DNA of 62,673 nucleotides, filler included. It is 6 parts of 6 records of this genome, joined end to end, with 100 filler letters (N's around TTAATTAATTAA, not from the genome) between each part and the next. Parts side by side here need not be neighbours in the genome. Positions count along the whole stretch, not along the records: positions 1 to 13,809 come from SRR20825019_2829; 5 more parts are not named here. One strand, 5' to 3'. Under the pieces are notes generated by a model that was given only the letters and a program-made list of their open reading frames with translations, did not search any database and was not told the origin of the DNA. Both the position numbers and the translations under genes were made by a program. Positions within the stretch are counted from its first letter, which is position 1; the number at the start of each line of letters is the position of its first letter. Shown here piece after piece: positions 1-13,809 of this stretch.

Positions 1-3000
1 TGATGCACAGGGCGATGGTGGGGCACCATCGGTTTCGGGAGTTCTGAAGGGAGGGGAGGTGACTGATCCAAAAGCGGCGGGGCTTTCAACCAAAGCCAGC
101 AAGAAACCGGAATCAAGGCCTTCCTCGAGGTCTCCAAGCCGCGTCGCATCCGCGGCATCGGCTAACACTGAGGATGAACTGATACAGAAGGTGGGATCAG
201 CACGGGACAATGGAGAGCCGGCGGGTATCATGATGGCCCTGAAGGACGCGACCGGTGTGTTGGTGGATGCTGGCCGTGACGAAAGGGCCCAGCCATTTGC
301 AGAGGAATGGGTTGCGCTGGCAAGGTCCCATGATGCGACGGTAGGGGATTTGGAGGAGAGCCTGAAGAGTTTGGGGCGTATTTATGTGAACGTGGGGCAG
401 CCGGACAAAGGGATGGCTATATACCAAGAGGCACTAGATGTTCTCACCAAAACCAATGCAAAGCCAGGTCGGAGGGCCGCACTTCTGCACGCGATTGCGG
501 AGGCAGCTGTTGGTTCTGAAAGGTGGGATTTCGCGGTGGAGTATTACACAAAGGAGATGGATCTCATCATTGAAGGCAAGGGCCCGGATGACAAACGGGT
601 GGGTAAGGCTCAAATTCATATTGGTAATGCACTAGAGAAGGCAGGCAATCTTGATGACGCAGGAAAGCGATATGAGATTGCCCTCAACATTTTGTCCAAG
701 CACAATGGCGTTAACAAACTGAAACAGGAGGCTGAAGATGGTATTGGCAGGCTGCGGGCAGCACAGGCAGGTGTGAAGGAATCGCGCGCCGTGGAGGCAT
801 CCAAGGCTGCACTAGAACGAGTTCGGCAGAGGATAGAGAGGGAACATCTTGCAAAGCAAGATGTAGAAGAGCGCCCAAGCGCTCCCGTCAAAACCAGCGC
901 GGAGTGGTTTGATGAGGCCTTGACAGTAAGCCAGCAAGGTAAACATGATGTTGCTCAGGAAGCCTGCGCGAAAGCCCTTGAGATTTTGACCTCCGAGGGG
1001 TTGATGGCGTCCCCCGCCGAAAGAAGCACCACTGTCTTGGCAGACGGATTGCACACCTATGGAGAGGTGTTGCGTTCGGCGGGAAAAATCGAAGATGCCT
1101 TGTATTACTACAAGGAGGCGCTCCACATCAGAGAGACTCTATTGGATCGTCGCCACCCCTCCGTAGCAGCAGCCATCTGCAGTCTGGCTTCCACATACCA
1201 AGTCATGGGAAATCATGATGAGGCAGTCGAGTCTATTCTGACAGCTATTGGGCTGGGGGTGGGATACTTGGATGAATTCCAAGAATTCATCACTGCAGAG
1301 GAGAGGATGAAGGTGACATCCGCGCTTCGTTACTTCATCCGCGTGTATGCGTGGATAGAGAGCGCTTCTTCGGATGCGGCGGGGGTATACGGCAGGGTCA
1401 TCAGAGTGAGATCTCGAGTATTAGAAGCCGCCCGTCCAGGACAAGGCCGCGCCAAGGAGATGAAGAAGCGCACGATCCGCCGAATTTCGGAGCTTGTAAC
1501 GGAGCTTTATCCGCCCGACGAGTTCTTTTTGGTCCGGTCACATCGTCGCATCCAGAAAAAGGTCACAAATGAAAACAGGATTCACAGCGTGGGGCCCAAC
1601 TCTGAGAACGAGGCGGTGGCTGGCAAAGATGATGATGGGGCTAGCCCTAACATTGACCGCGAGAAGGCCAAGCAAGAGCTTGCCGGACTTTTGGATGGCA
1701 AGCTTGGGTCACACACCCGCCTGCCCATAACTCCCGGATCAGTGGCCTCTGCATTACCCGCCAACTATACTATGGTAGAGTATGTGGCCACACGCAATCC
1801 CGTCGAACGAAAAGATGGCTTGATCGCATTCGTTGTCTTGCCCGGTTCGGGTGATCAGAACACTCCCGACGTATCCATGATTCCACTGACGTCTGCTGCG
1901 AAGCAAGAATGCCGGGCACTTCACTCTCTCTTGACTCAAGATGCCATATCTACACACCGCCCCAAATCAACAGTTGGCGGCGGGAAGATCTCGCGCCCCC
2001 CGTTTGCACCCGGCGGCATTGCGTTCAACCAGCAGCGAGCGAGTAGCCGCATGAAGAAGGGTGAATCGCCGGAGGATGAAGCGTTGCGGGAAGCGGAGGA
2101 GGTGAATAGAGAGAACAAGATACGCAGGATTGGTGCCGAAGTGAAGAGGCTAGTGTGGGACAGTGTGGAGAAAAAGCTAAATAGCAAACCGAGTCGAAAG
2201 CCAGCAATCAGGCGGATTCTGGTTATCCCGGATGCTTCAATATCATTTGTCCCTCTCGAGGTTCTCCCCTTAGAGGATCCGGATGAAACTGATGAGAACT
2301 CCGCCGCTGGAAATATGCGGCTTGCCTACCTGTGTGACCAGTACGAGTTTAGCTACCTTTCAAGCTCCGCAGATGTCAGCACCTGGGGTGTTCAAGGCCA
2401 GGCATGGGCTGATAGTGACGAACCCAAAAAGAAGATGTTGCTTGTGGGGAATGTGGACTTTGACTGGAGTGCTGCTGCTGCCTTGTCGTCAACAGCCAAA
2501 TTTATTCAATTACCTGATGATGAGGTGCCGGTGCGCGACACCGAGGCAGGGCGTGTATTGCAGCGTGTGGTCAAACGGGGACGACTACAACAAGAGCGAA
2601 TCCCCGGAACAGAGGATGAAGTTAAGATGATCGCTGGCATGGTTGGCGGCGGCATTGAAACTGCCACCATTCTTCGTGAAAATGCCACCACGCAGGCTAT
2701 AGTGTCACACCCTGCCCTTCCCGACGCCGGTATCCTTCACCTGGGAACATGTTGCTTCAACGCGGGCACTTCACATGATGACCCCGTCCACAGTGGTGGT
2801 TTGGCGCTGGCAGGATTCAACACGTGGGCCTTCGGCCGAACGCTACCGAAGGCCATGGCCCGTGGATCCTTAATGGCTTTGGATATAGCGGTATGGTTTT
2901 GTCATGCATGCCCCCTCCTCTCCCCGCCCCCACCTCACTCCGCCTCACTACAATCTACCTACTCACCATGCAGTGACTCATTTTACGTGTTGCAGAATAC

Positions 3001-4284
3001 GGACCTGAGCAGAACTGATCTCGTGGTTATATCGGGCCCAGAGATCAAGTCCTCGAAGGCGTCTTCAAAGGGATCATTGGGTGTCCGGCAGGCTCTGGCT
3101 CTCGCGGGGGTCGACGCTACAGTCGTGAGTGGTTTCTATGATGCAGTACCAGTGACGACACCTAATGCCATGTCCAGCTTCCCTTGTGGTGGGTCCCGGA
3201 TTCCCCTCGGAGGCGGTATCTCAAGCTCTTCTACACATGGCTTTCACGACACGACGTGCCAGTGCCTGCAGCAGTCAGCAGTGCGAGAAAAGAGATGCGT
3301 GCTCTGTACCCGCATTCACCTGGAGTTTGGGCTGCGTTTATATCATGTGGCCGCCCGTGCACCGTGCCCTATCTCTCTTTAGTGGCTTCTGATGCCCAGC
3401 GTCGAAGGTTCTCGAACAAGGAAGGCGCGCGGCCTAGTGGCCGCTTATCCAATGCCTCGGACAGTGGAAGCGGCGCATATCAAAGCGGTTACCAAAGTGG
3501 ATATACTACCCCGCGCAAGAATAGTGTCACAGCATCTCCGTCACCTGTGATGTGGGACGATAATCCCGAATCGGAATCGGATTCTCCGGCACTGCCCATC
3601 TTTGACCCAGCCCATCTGTCCCCATACGATGGAGCAGTGACAGCAGTCCCGCGTGATTTGACTACTGTCGAAGGAATCCTCGAGTCCGCTGAAGAGGATG
3701 CGGTATGCTGCTTTTCCTATGTGTGGTTACTCCTGACTCATGGAAACTATCCAGGTTGCGGCGCGCGCTGCGAAGGAGAAAATTTATATACTGAAAGCCG
3801 AGAAAGGAGACTTCGACCTGATGCTCTCACATTTGGCCAATGATCTTAGCTTAAAGTGCCGGGAGATCGAGCACCTACGTCAGCAGGTGAGGCTAATGGA
3901 AGAAGCTATTGCTGGGCGCGTGGGTTATGAAAGAGAACAGGTATGTTGTGTGGGTGAAGTGGCGGTGCATTGTCACCACGTTGACATCGGAAGTAGGCAA
4001 CAAGAACACTGGAAAAGTGGCACACTATGGATGAGAGCCTTGCTCTCAAGAGACAGGCAGAGCTAGAATTTATCCGTGTAGCCCTTGACCAAACCGAGGG
4101 CGCCATCCGGGCCCACGAGATGGAGGCGAAGAAAGCATCGTTCAAGATGCAGAGGCGCGGCCTGCAGCGCACAAGACTGGCAGGATTCCTAGAATTCCTT
4201 ATGGAAGGCCGGGCAACTCCATCGGGAGCTGATGCCAACGCACTCATTCGCCATTTCCTGGATGCTCCTCCGGCCAAGAGTTGA
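1..4284 (+). CDS. TPR-repeat + CHAT (caspase-like) domain protein with C-terminal coiled coil; 5'-truncated, spliced
   Basis: Frame is open from position 2. TPR-like helices, then CHAT motifs: LPANYTMVEY, ILVIPDASISFVPLEVL, YLCDQYEFSYLSS, IPGTEDEVKMI, SGGLALAGFN, DLSRTDLVVIS, LWWVPD, WAAFISCG. GT-AG introns 2891-2995, 3125-3177, 3703-3754 and 3941-3996 join ORFs 59, 3184, 3740 and 4027 in frame. Confidence 0.85.
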
Positions 4285-4299
4285 TTTCCGTAAATCCCT

Positions 4300-7200
4300 T
4301 CATAACCAAGCCCTCCACCTGCATCACAGGTTTAGCCGACGTTCGCCATTCACCCCATCCGTTGCACTCACCCACTGTACATCTGGGACAATCTGTCAGG
4401 GTCGGTAGCATCATCAATCAACTTATTGACGATCCCTTCCACAGAATAGATCTCTCCTTCAACATATCCCTGTAGCTTCTGCCTGAGTTTTAGCAGCATG
4501 CGCCCGGTGCCGCCGCCCTGCTGATCGTGATTGCCGTCTGAAAAACCTACATGAGCATGTTTACAACATACAAGCACAGTAACCCCACCTCCATGCTGGT
4601 CTGCCACCCCCGCGAGATCAAGTACCGGGTCGTAGACAAGCACCTCTACAACCGTGTGGATCGCATTCATATTTTTCCGCAGAACACTCACTGTCTGCTC
4701 GCAACATCGGCGGAACACACCCTGCGTTCCACAAATGCCCATCCCGTCAACTATCTCGCGAGTCAGCCGGAACGGCACCCTTTCAGGAAGCTTCAGATCA
4801 TGCCCCTGATCAAATGCGTAGCCAAAGTCAATGTGCACCAACTCTGCGGTCTCGGGATCGATCAAGATGTTGCTACCGTGGCGATCACCAATGCCCAGAA
4901 CGTAGCCAACCATTGAGCTGACCGCGACTGATCGTGAATACAGGGTCCGCTTGGCATTCCACTCCAATGGAAGCGGGAAGTTCTGGGCGAAATAATAGCG
5001 AAATAGGGGAGAAATGAAAGTGCAGATCTTCCTGTAAGCTTCGAATTTCTTCGGATATAGAGTTCCACGCTTCTCTTCCTCGGCTTTGGACATCAGTCTT
5101 TCCGCTCCTTTGAGGTTATTGTCGCTGGCATCGTACTTGCCGTAGGCCCCATGAATCTCTGTTATGGCTTCAATCAACATCCTGCTCTGCACCCATTGTA
5201 CTACCCCTGAAAACTGAGTAAGTGGAATGACGCGGTAGGTGCGCAGAGCCAGCTGTCGCTTCCGTGCCTCCTTGTCCTTTTTAAGGAAGCAGTTGATGAT
5301 ATCGAACACTTGCAGCACCACTGCATCCTGTCGGACATCGTCATATCCCTTCACGAGCTCCATATGCTGTTCGCGAATATAAGCGCGGGACCGATGCATT
5401 TCTTTTGCACAACTTACCGTGCACCCATGGGAATCCAGAATGAATATCTTCTTTGGCTTACTCTTACCGGTGAGAATCTTGTACTGCCGGTCAATTTTTT
5501 GAATCGTGGGAACGTTCTCATACTGCCCATCTACATTGACTGGAATATTGGAAGACACCAGCGGACAGGTCATATCGAAAACATTCGCATTAGGGTTAGA
5601 CCCGTACAGCTCCATCAATTTGTCCTGCTCTTTGAAATTCTTGGAATTGGTGCCGTTGTCGCCCCTCTCAACCACGCGGTCCGCGAGCTCCATGTACGCT
5701 TCATGTGTCAATTTGATGGCCGCCACGATGCTTTTAAGGGCTTCGTTGCTCCCACGCCACTGATCAAGAATATGCTTAGCTGATTTCACCCGGATCTTGA
5801 CCTTAGGATCCTTTTTGCGCAGTTTCACACGCAACATGTTAATAGTCGAGGTGACCTGATTCAAGTCGGGGAATCTGTCCTGGTGGCTAACACAGAGAAC
5901 CAAGGGACATACGTGATACGGATGAATCCGCCCCATGACCTCAACGATGCGCATGATTAACCTGTGGAGCTTTGACCCTTGATTCGCCTCTTGGATATCT
6001 ACCCGGCAAACTATCTGGCGTGCCAGCCCGACAAACTTGTATAACATCATCCCGCTTTCGGCATCAACCACTCGGCTTGATATGATATCAGTCACTTTCT
6101 GGTCTTGGTGATTCTTGAACCAGATGGAGAGTATACGAAGGGTGATTTCTTCGTCATACTCATCGGTTAGCTCCAGGACACTTACATAACGCCATTAGCC
6201 CAAAGACATGAATTGCGTCAATGTATCGATTCTCACCTGATATAGTTTTCCAGCGCTGTGCAAACGTACTTGGAGTAAACCTCTTCACTTTTTAGGTAGG
6301 ATTGGAGCTGCGACTTTAGCCGGCTGTTCTCAATCTTTACGAAGGTGTCAGCTTAGTTACCCACCGCAACCACCATGACTTACCCGCAACAATCTCGACA
6401 TTTCTTGGTCATCCTTGGCCTTGCTTATGCGATCGGCTTGCTTCTTTAGCAACTCGTGCAGCTCCCTGCTCTCTTCGGAGCTCTTTTTCGAATCTTCATG
6501 CTGGTAGAGAGAATCCGCAAACCGGGCCAAATTCAATAGACATTCGCAGCGGATCTCATCACTTTGGAATGAATTGCTCCTTGTTTTCGACTCTCCTTTC
6601 ATCAACGTATCGAAAATCTGATCCGAATTGACAAGATGCTTGGATGACCACCATACACCAAGTTGAGTTTGCATTTGAGCTAGAACCAAGGTGTCTTCAT
6701 CCTCATCCATAGGGAGATCTTCTTCGCCCTCAATCGAAGCTTGCAGCATACTTATGGCTCGTTGGTGATCACCGTAGTTCCACAACACCCGTGCCTCTTG
6801 GAGCTGCAGCTTCATCTCATCTGCAGCACTTGCATGTTCCTTCCATATCTTCGCGGAGTTAAGAAACATAATCGCAGATGAATTCATACCCAATGATTCT
6901 GCCTTGCTCGATACGTAACGGCAATGGTGAAAACAGTCGTTGCCGCTATTCACCACCTCGAGGAGAGACTTACGGACATTCATTGGAGTCTCCAGGGCGG
7001 CAAAATCTTCAAGGTTACGCAATTCATCATCCCAATAAGTTCTCAGTACTTCATGAGACATAGTGTCACCACTGCTCAAAATATCTGACAGCTCGATGAT
7101 GCTCCGGATCTGGCCAAGGATTGGCATAATATCACCAGAGTTCTCCAGAGAGAACCCCTCTACCGCGTCAACAAGGCCAGCCAGCCCCTTGTGAAGGAAA

Positions 7201-10200
7201 ATGGCGGCTACCTGAGCCTGTCCCTCATGAATCGCACGGAGCGTCCGGTATATCGATTCATGGAAGCCGGCAGCACCTTCGACGGGATTCTGGTGGGCCG
7301 CTGATGAATTGGCATACCAATTTCCCATTTTCCATGCACTTTCGTAGTGCATCTCGTTCAGTTCATATGAGTTCTCGATGCCAGCATCCGTTTGTCGGAT
7401 TGCATTTGTTAATGAAACACATCCAAGGCCGGATAGATATGAATACAGACCCGTCAGATGCGTGTACATGTTTGAGCTCTCGCGCATGAGCATCTCATAT
7501 GAAGTAATGACCTTCTCCACATTATGTTGCTTCTTGTAGAGCTTCATGGTGCCCAAAACATCGCTGCCTCCGTCAACACTATATACTGCATCCGGGTCAT
7601 TCAGTCTAGACACAGCATGGAAATATAATCTCAGAGCATCATCATCGCGACGAAGATCATCGAGCATTCCGTCATAGTACATCTCAAGGTACATTACTGC
7701 GGTTGCAAATTGCTTCGTGTCGTATGCTGCTCTGGCGAGTCGTCGGAAGTCCATGGACATGAGGTGGGGCCTGGGCGCACTCGGAGGAACTCGGACATTG
7801 CAAAGACTTTGTCCTATAGACACCTTATTCTTCCTCATGAAGTTAAGCAGCCTTATCAAATAAACTTGCGCCCCAGCGGCCATCTCTTCATCGGAAGGCT
7901 TCATCAAAATGTCCTCTATTGTTCGGGAGAAGTCCTTGCAATTGAACCGATTATTCTTGCAAGCACTCAAAACAAACCATGGGGCCAATGCCTCTAACAA
8001 TCCCTTACTCGGAATAGCATCCATCACGCCTACCCTCACACATGCCTGAAAAACGTTGTCATTGAGATCATTCATAATGCCACTTCTTTGCAGCAAGTTG
8101 AGTAACCATACATGAGTCAGGCCATCCTTGTCGTTTTCTTCCCCCAAGCTTGACTCAGGGTTAAGTTCGAACTTATCGCAAAGGTCGTCAGCATCGGATC
8201 CGTAGGGAATCTGAAACAGTTCTTTGGGTTCGCGCAAACCATCTATCTTCTCATTCTCTTCTCTGAGCACATTAGAAATCGCTTTGAGAGCCCTGTGTGC
8301 GGCGAGAACTGCGCGGGGGTTTGGATCGGTGAGGGTGTCCAGGAGAGTGTTGATAATCAACGACTTGGCCTCCATTTTGCTCTGCGGGAACCCCAATGAT
8401 GTTGACTGCGAAAGTCTTTCTGCCAAAAGGAAGTTCTGAGACTGTGAACCCAAAAGGCCCACACATATCGACGCCCGAGCTTTGATCGACCCCTCGGACG
8501 AGTCCTGACATAACTTCACAAGGCTCCAGAAGAGCGATGCCGACTCTTCGCCCATAGACTCCACAAATTCTGGCATAGACAGGCCATGAATGAGTTTGTC
8601 AAGGTCATCCTCCCGAATCACATATCCTGTGCTGACAGCAGTTCCTTTGAGTATCTTCTTGGCGGCCTTAGCCCCTCTCTTCTTTGCGTCGGACCGTACC
8701 TTGTGACCCATCCCGTGCCAATTCATGCGAAAAGTGGATAATGCATGAGGTGCGCTGCGATTCGAATCATCGATACTGCTGCACACGCCCTTCACAGTGG
8801 AGATCACATTCGTGCAGCATCGCCGGACGATATCCACGTCGCAGTGTGCTTGCTTCTGAAATGTGAGGATTCGTTGGGTTATGATATGGGCCTGCCGACC
8901 GACCTCGACATTGTAAAACTCGTCATTGGGATCAGGACGTATCTGGAGACACTCTCCAAGGTATTCCAGCGAACGACAGGAACGACGGGCATTTTCCGAA
9001 GTGTCTGCACACAACCATCTCGTAAATGCAGATAAAACGAATTGTATCAAATATGACTTCCATGTGATACGACCTAAACACTTGCAGGCGAATAGAAGTG
9101 CCTCAAGGAGAGGTTCGCGCCGTTGTGGGGAACCAGCTTGGCATATAGAAACATACAACCCGAGGACAATATTGTAGACACGCACATGAGACTGCATAAC
9201 CTTACTGAGCCTCTCTTTGACCTCTTTCATCAAACGCTCTTGATCGAAACAGCGCTCGAAAGACGCCAGCAACTCTAGAGTAATCGCGTCCTGGTGTCTC
9301 TTTTGTTGCTTAGATAAGTCAATCTTGAACTCTCTCATTGCTGGCTCAAAACTTGGCGAGTCAAGAACGAGGGGGTAGGCAGCAGTTAACGTGGCTGAGA
9401 CAAGCATCCTGGATTTGAGCCTCAGGCATTCCGCAATATGCAGGAGTTGCTTGTACTCTTTGTGCCGAATTAACACCGCCACATATGGTGCCACTGGCCC
9501 TGGTTGACCATAGCTGTTTTGGGACTCTCGCTTGAAGTTCTCCAAGAGAAAGGTTTCAAACTTGGTGTAGTTCCCAAAGAAAGAGCAGGGAAACTTTACA
9601 ATTGAACGGCGACTGGTGCCTGTCAGCTTCGTACCATTCTCTTCGATATGAACTGGTGATGATAAATCGATCCCGTAAAGGAAATACTCATAAATATCGT
9701 GGAGATGAAAGAACACCAGATCCACATAAGATGGGAATCCGGAACGCTCAGCAATCCGCTTAAGCGCAGATGTAATGAGGTGTCTTATTCTTGTGATCAG
9801 CGCGTCACTATCCAGCTTTTGGGATACGGAATTGTAGGCGTAGAACATTTGAAAGATGCACTGAGCCATGAGTGAATGCGATGCCACAGCCGTTTTCTCA
9901 AGCATGCCAATCAGAATAGAGTATTCGTCAGAACGTGCATCCATAAACTCATGATAGAAGAGAAACAGTTGCAGCAGCTCCTCCTTTTGCTGGAGTGGAT
10001 CGCGTTTCATGACCCAGAAAAATGGTTCCAGGGAGGACATAGCCAGTGCCGTATCAAGTGACCGGATACATTTTCCGAAGAGGTATTCTAGCCAACTCTG
10101 CATGTCATCCACCGAGCACTGCTGCATCCATAACGACAAAGCTCCCATGCTGAGTGTGTATGGTTGAAATAGATATGAAAGTGGCGATTCGTTTTCGTCT

Positions 10201-13200
10201 CCATGGCCATGGAGTTTGCATATGACGAGCTTGCAAGTATTAGCCACTTCAGAATCGGAGCTGAGTGACGAACAGCGCATCATTTCGTTCAGAAGCCATA
10301 TAATACGAACCAAAAGATCTTCGCGAGGCCGCTTCTCATATTCCTGAAGATATTTCAATATCATCTTGAAGAATCCGCAGGTGAAATTTGGAAGAGCACA
10401 GATTATCCTCAAACATTCTAGCCGCTGAAGAATCATCGATTCTCCAGGCTTGGACGCATTCAGCACACATTCCTTAACTTTTTCAAGGTCTACGATACTG
10501 TGATCATTCTCGGCGCGGGCATCCGTGGATATCAAAAATGCGGTTAGCGCGCGTACCCCCCGAACGATATCGAGTTTGTCGAGACTGTCCTCAGTATCGA
10601 GGTCGTTGGATTCTTCCCGATCAGACAAATCACCCATCAGATCATCCGATAGGCCAGATGCATCCGTGGCCATGGTATCGCCGTTCACTTCGTCGTTCGG
10701 AGACATGGTCGGAGGGTAGCTGGCACCAGTTGTCGTATCAATGACATTATTGATAGCGTTCACAATGCCCATCACCGTCGCATCAAAACACGAGGACAAT
10801 CTGGACCCGGATTTGGACTGTTCATAGCTAATTTGATAAAGCAGCTCGCCGACTGGAAAGCAGTGAAGAAAGCGTGAAGCCGCCGCTTGGCCCCGAGACG
10901 TGGCGGCATTCATATTCGCAGAAACGTGCTCGATGAGCTTGAGGCACTGTGACATCATTTGGCTTGCCAAGCAGCTCCCGCCATCACTACTACTTGACAT
11001 ATGTGGTATCATGGAGATAATGACAGAGATAATGACAGTAACCACAACTGAGGCTCGGGATGTGGTTGCGAGGCCACTTTCTTTGATGAGCTCATCACAC
11101 AGTGATATAAGGCTTCGCACAGTGTACTCATGGACTTTCATGCCAACATCAGAAGGTATAAGGTGATTTGTGCCGGATAGGGCGCCGTCTATCCAGGGTC
11201 GACTGGTGCATTCAAAGCTGAAATCATCAGCCATAGAAGAAACAGGAGCTGAAAGTCCAGGGTCACGAAGACCATTCAGCAAATGGCTCATCATCAAAGA
11301 GGGGCAATGAGGCCACGACGCGCGGCTCAGCCATCTGTTCTCCGCATAGTTCTGGTTGCGCACGCTGGTGTTGGAAAATGCAGACACGGCCATTGACACC
11401 GCACGCCCATATGCATAGGCAGTTTCGGCACGCACATATATCTCACCGGTGCTCCGCTGAAGGGGCTTGGCCCTGTTGTAGTCATCGTCCGCGATTCCCC
11501 CTTTTAGATCACAGCACCACCGCACGATGGTTTGGAGATGGTGCGTTGCAGAGTCAGTATCACCGTCGACGCCGTATTGTGACACTAGCACACGAATAAA
11601 ATGAACAGAATCAACTCTTCTCTGCCGCCGGGAAAACGAGTCAAGGAACCCCATATACGATTGACCACCAGCGCTTCCTACTCGTCCCCCGAAGTGAGAT
11701 AAAAGCCCGGCCCGAAAATGTGCCACCTGAGTAGGCCGTGCCAATTTGAAATGGAGAAGTGCTGTCAGGATCCGCACGCAGATCGATGCTGACACATCGT
11801 CGGTTAGATGTGGGTATGTCTTCAGAATAGCGTCCCACACTCGATCCCATGGCAGCTTGCGGTGGTCAGTGGTAGTCAACACTAGAGCGTACACACACTC
11901 CAGAACCACACGGCCACCTGACTTATTAAAATGGTCGACAAAAGAATTGAGGAACTTCACGCGCTGGGTGGTGGTCGGGGTTATGTGGGTGGCACGAGGG
12001 CACACTTGAAGCAGGCGCAAGAGGAATCGCCCCCAGGATGTATCGCCGGATGTCGCGTTCCTGATCCGCAGCCACACATCCTCTGCAATCCCTTCCGCGG
12101 GGACCTCTACCTTGCTCCGCACCCTGCGGCTGTCATTCAAAGACGACCCACCCCCATGAGACCGCGAGATGATCACCTGGCCCCCCATACCCCCCCGCAA
12201 AGACAGAATACCACTGTAAAGCTCCACGCCAAGTAGGACAGTCAGGTTCCTTGCCTCATTCTCCCCGTGTGCTCCAAGAACTTCCTGTGTTGCTTTCCGG
12301 TTCGTGAGATCACCAACCACAAACACATTGAACACCTCCAGTGCCCAGCTGAGACGTGCCTCCTCGCTCAAGTGTGAAAACGGCAGGTTGATCACAGCCC
12401 AGCACGTGTAAAGGAAGTTGTATATATCATATCGTGACAGGTGTCCATTCCGGTTGTCCCGATGACGCACAAGGTAATCTTTCATCATTTCATGCCATGA
12501 CTTGTAGTGCAACGCCTCGCCATCAGTAAACGTCGCGCCATACTTCAACAGAAATCCTGTGAGCGCGTCCAAATAGACCTTGTCGTACACGACAGGGTCA
12601 TGATGCTGGCGTTGCTCAAAATACTCCAGAAAGAACTTAAATGCCTCCTCCCTTGTGGAAGCTGGGAAGGAGGGATACCAGCATGTGAGAGCTCGAATGA
12701 CCTCGGCCAGTCCGACTCGCCGTGATCCCGCGAAGGCCTGCCACTCCTGATCGCTGTTGACGTTGTACACTGCGTCAGCATATATGGCATAGAGATCATT
12801 GACCTGGTCTTCCGCAAGGAAGTAGAGGAAACAGCCACGGGAGGCGGAGTGGTTGGCATTGCGAATGTTGAGAACTGTTTCCACCACCCTGTGGTAGTGG
12901 TGCCCAAACTGGCCCGTCACCGCCCCTTCCTGTACATCACCAAGCACCCTCAGCACGTGCTCCAACAAGCGCCGCGCCATGTCCCTGGTCCAAGCCTGCA
13001 TCTTGCTCTCTTGTATGATTCGGCAGAACTTCTCCGCCACCTGGACATTTGCTTTCTGAAAGGAAGTCACCACACTGATACACCACACCCAGGCAGATAT
13101 CATACGCCGTGATTGAGCTCCGCCTCCACGATTTGTATGCCCTGCTTAATAATAGAATTCACTGCAACAGTCGTTAGTCAAAGTTCATCACCATGGCCCG

Positions 13201-13396
13201 CTTCTCCACCGGGTACGTGCCTGCCTTCTTGCCGTTTTTCCTCTCCTCCTTGACCTTGGTGACAAGGTTCGATATGAACATCTGCACAAGACACGTGTGT
13301 AAGGATAGCCGAGGACCGCAGTGCAAAGTGACTCACCTTCCTCGTGTTTGAACTTTTCAGCATAGCATCGTCAAGGGATGCATTTCGACGTGACAT
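4300..13396 (-). CDS. ATM: ATM/Tel1 serine/threonine kinase (PIKK family; HEAT/FAT-kinase-FATC), spliced
   Basis: ATM-type kinase motifs ELVKGYDDVRQDAV, LGIGDRHGSNILID, ELVHIDFG, PERVPFRLTREIVDGMG. Removing intron 4319-4371 gives the FATC end ATDPDRLSQMYSGWRAWL*. FAT region lies in ORF 6357-13103. 5' exons 13337-13396, 13221-13281 and 13106-13161 join in frame; alternative ATG at 13429. Confidence 0.93.
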
Positions 13397-13809
13397 GCTT
13401 GGCTGCCACTCCACACCATGACCGTCCATTTTCAAGGATTGCCTATTTTAACGGTTCAGGTTTCTGACGGACCTCGACTATCCCAGGGACATGGCACACG
13501 TGTGCACAGAGCTCTTGGGGCTTGTGGGCAGGGCACTCTCTGGCGGACCCCATCCACAAGGCATCGGCGGCGTCGGTCGCAGCCCCTTGGCTTATTGGGA
13601 AGAGGTCATGTTACACTGGCAGCGGCCAGGCTGCTCGCTTGACTGGCAAACTTTGGGCGGTTCGCAGGCTTTTCTCGACTCAGTAAAAGGCGGACGATAC
13701 CGTCCGGGCGGGCTCAGGTCGCTCGCTGGCCTCTGGCCGGCGCGCTCCCACCGTGATTGCCCGACCGCCGACCGGACCAGGGGCGGGGCCGGGGGGGGGG
13801 GGGGGGGGG

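Noticed and set aside
3178-3382. Cys-rich C-terminus of ORF 59..3382
   Set aside because: Read-through past intron 3125-3177; the real frame continues as LPLWWVPD (CHAT motif).
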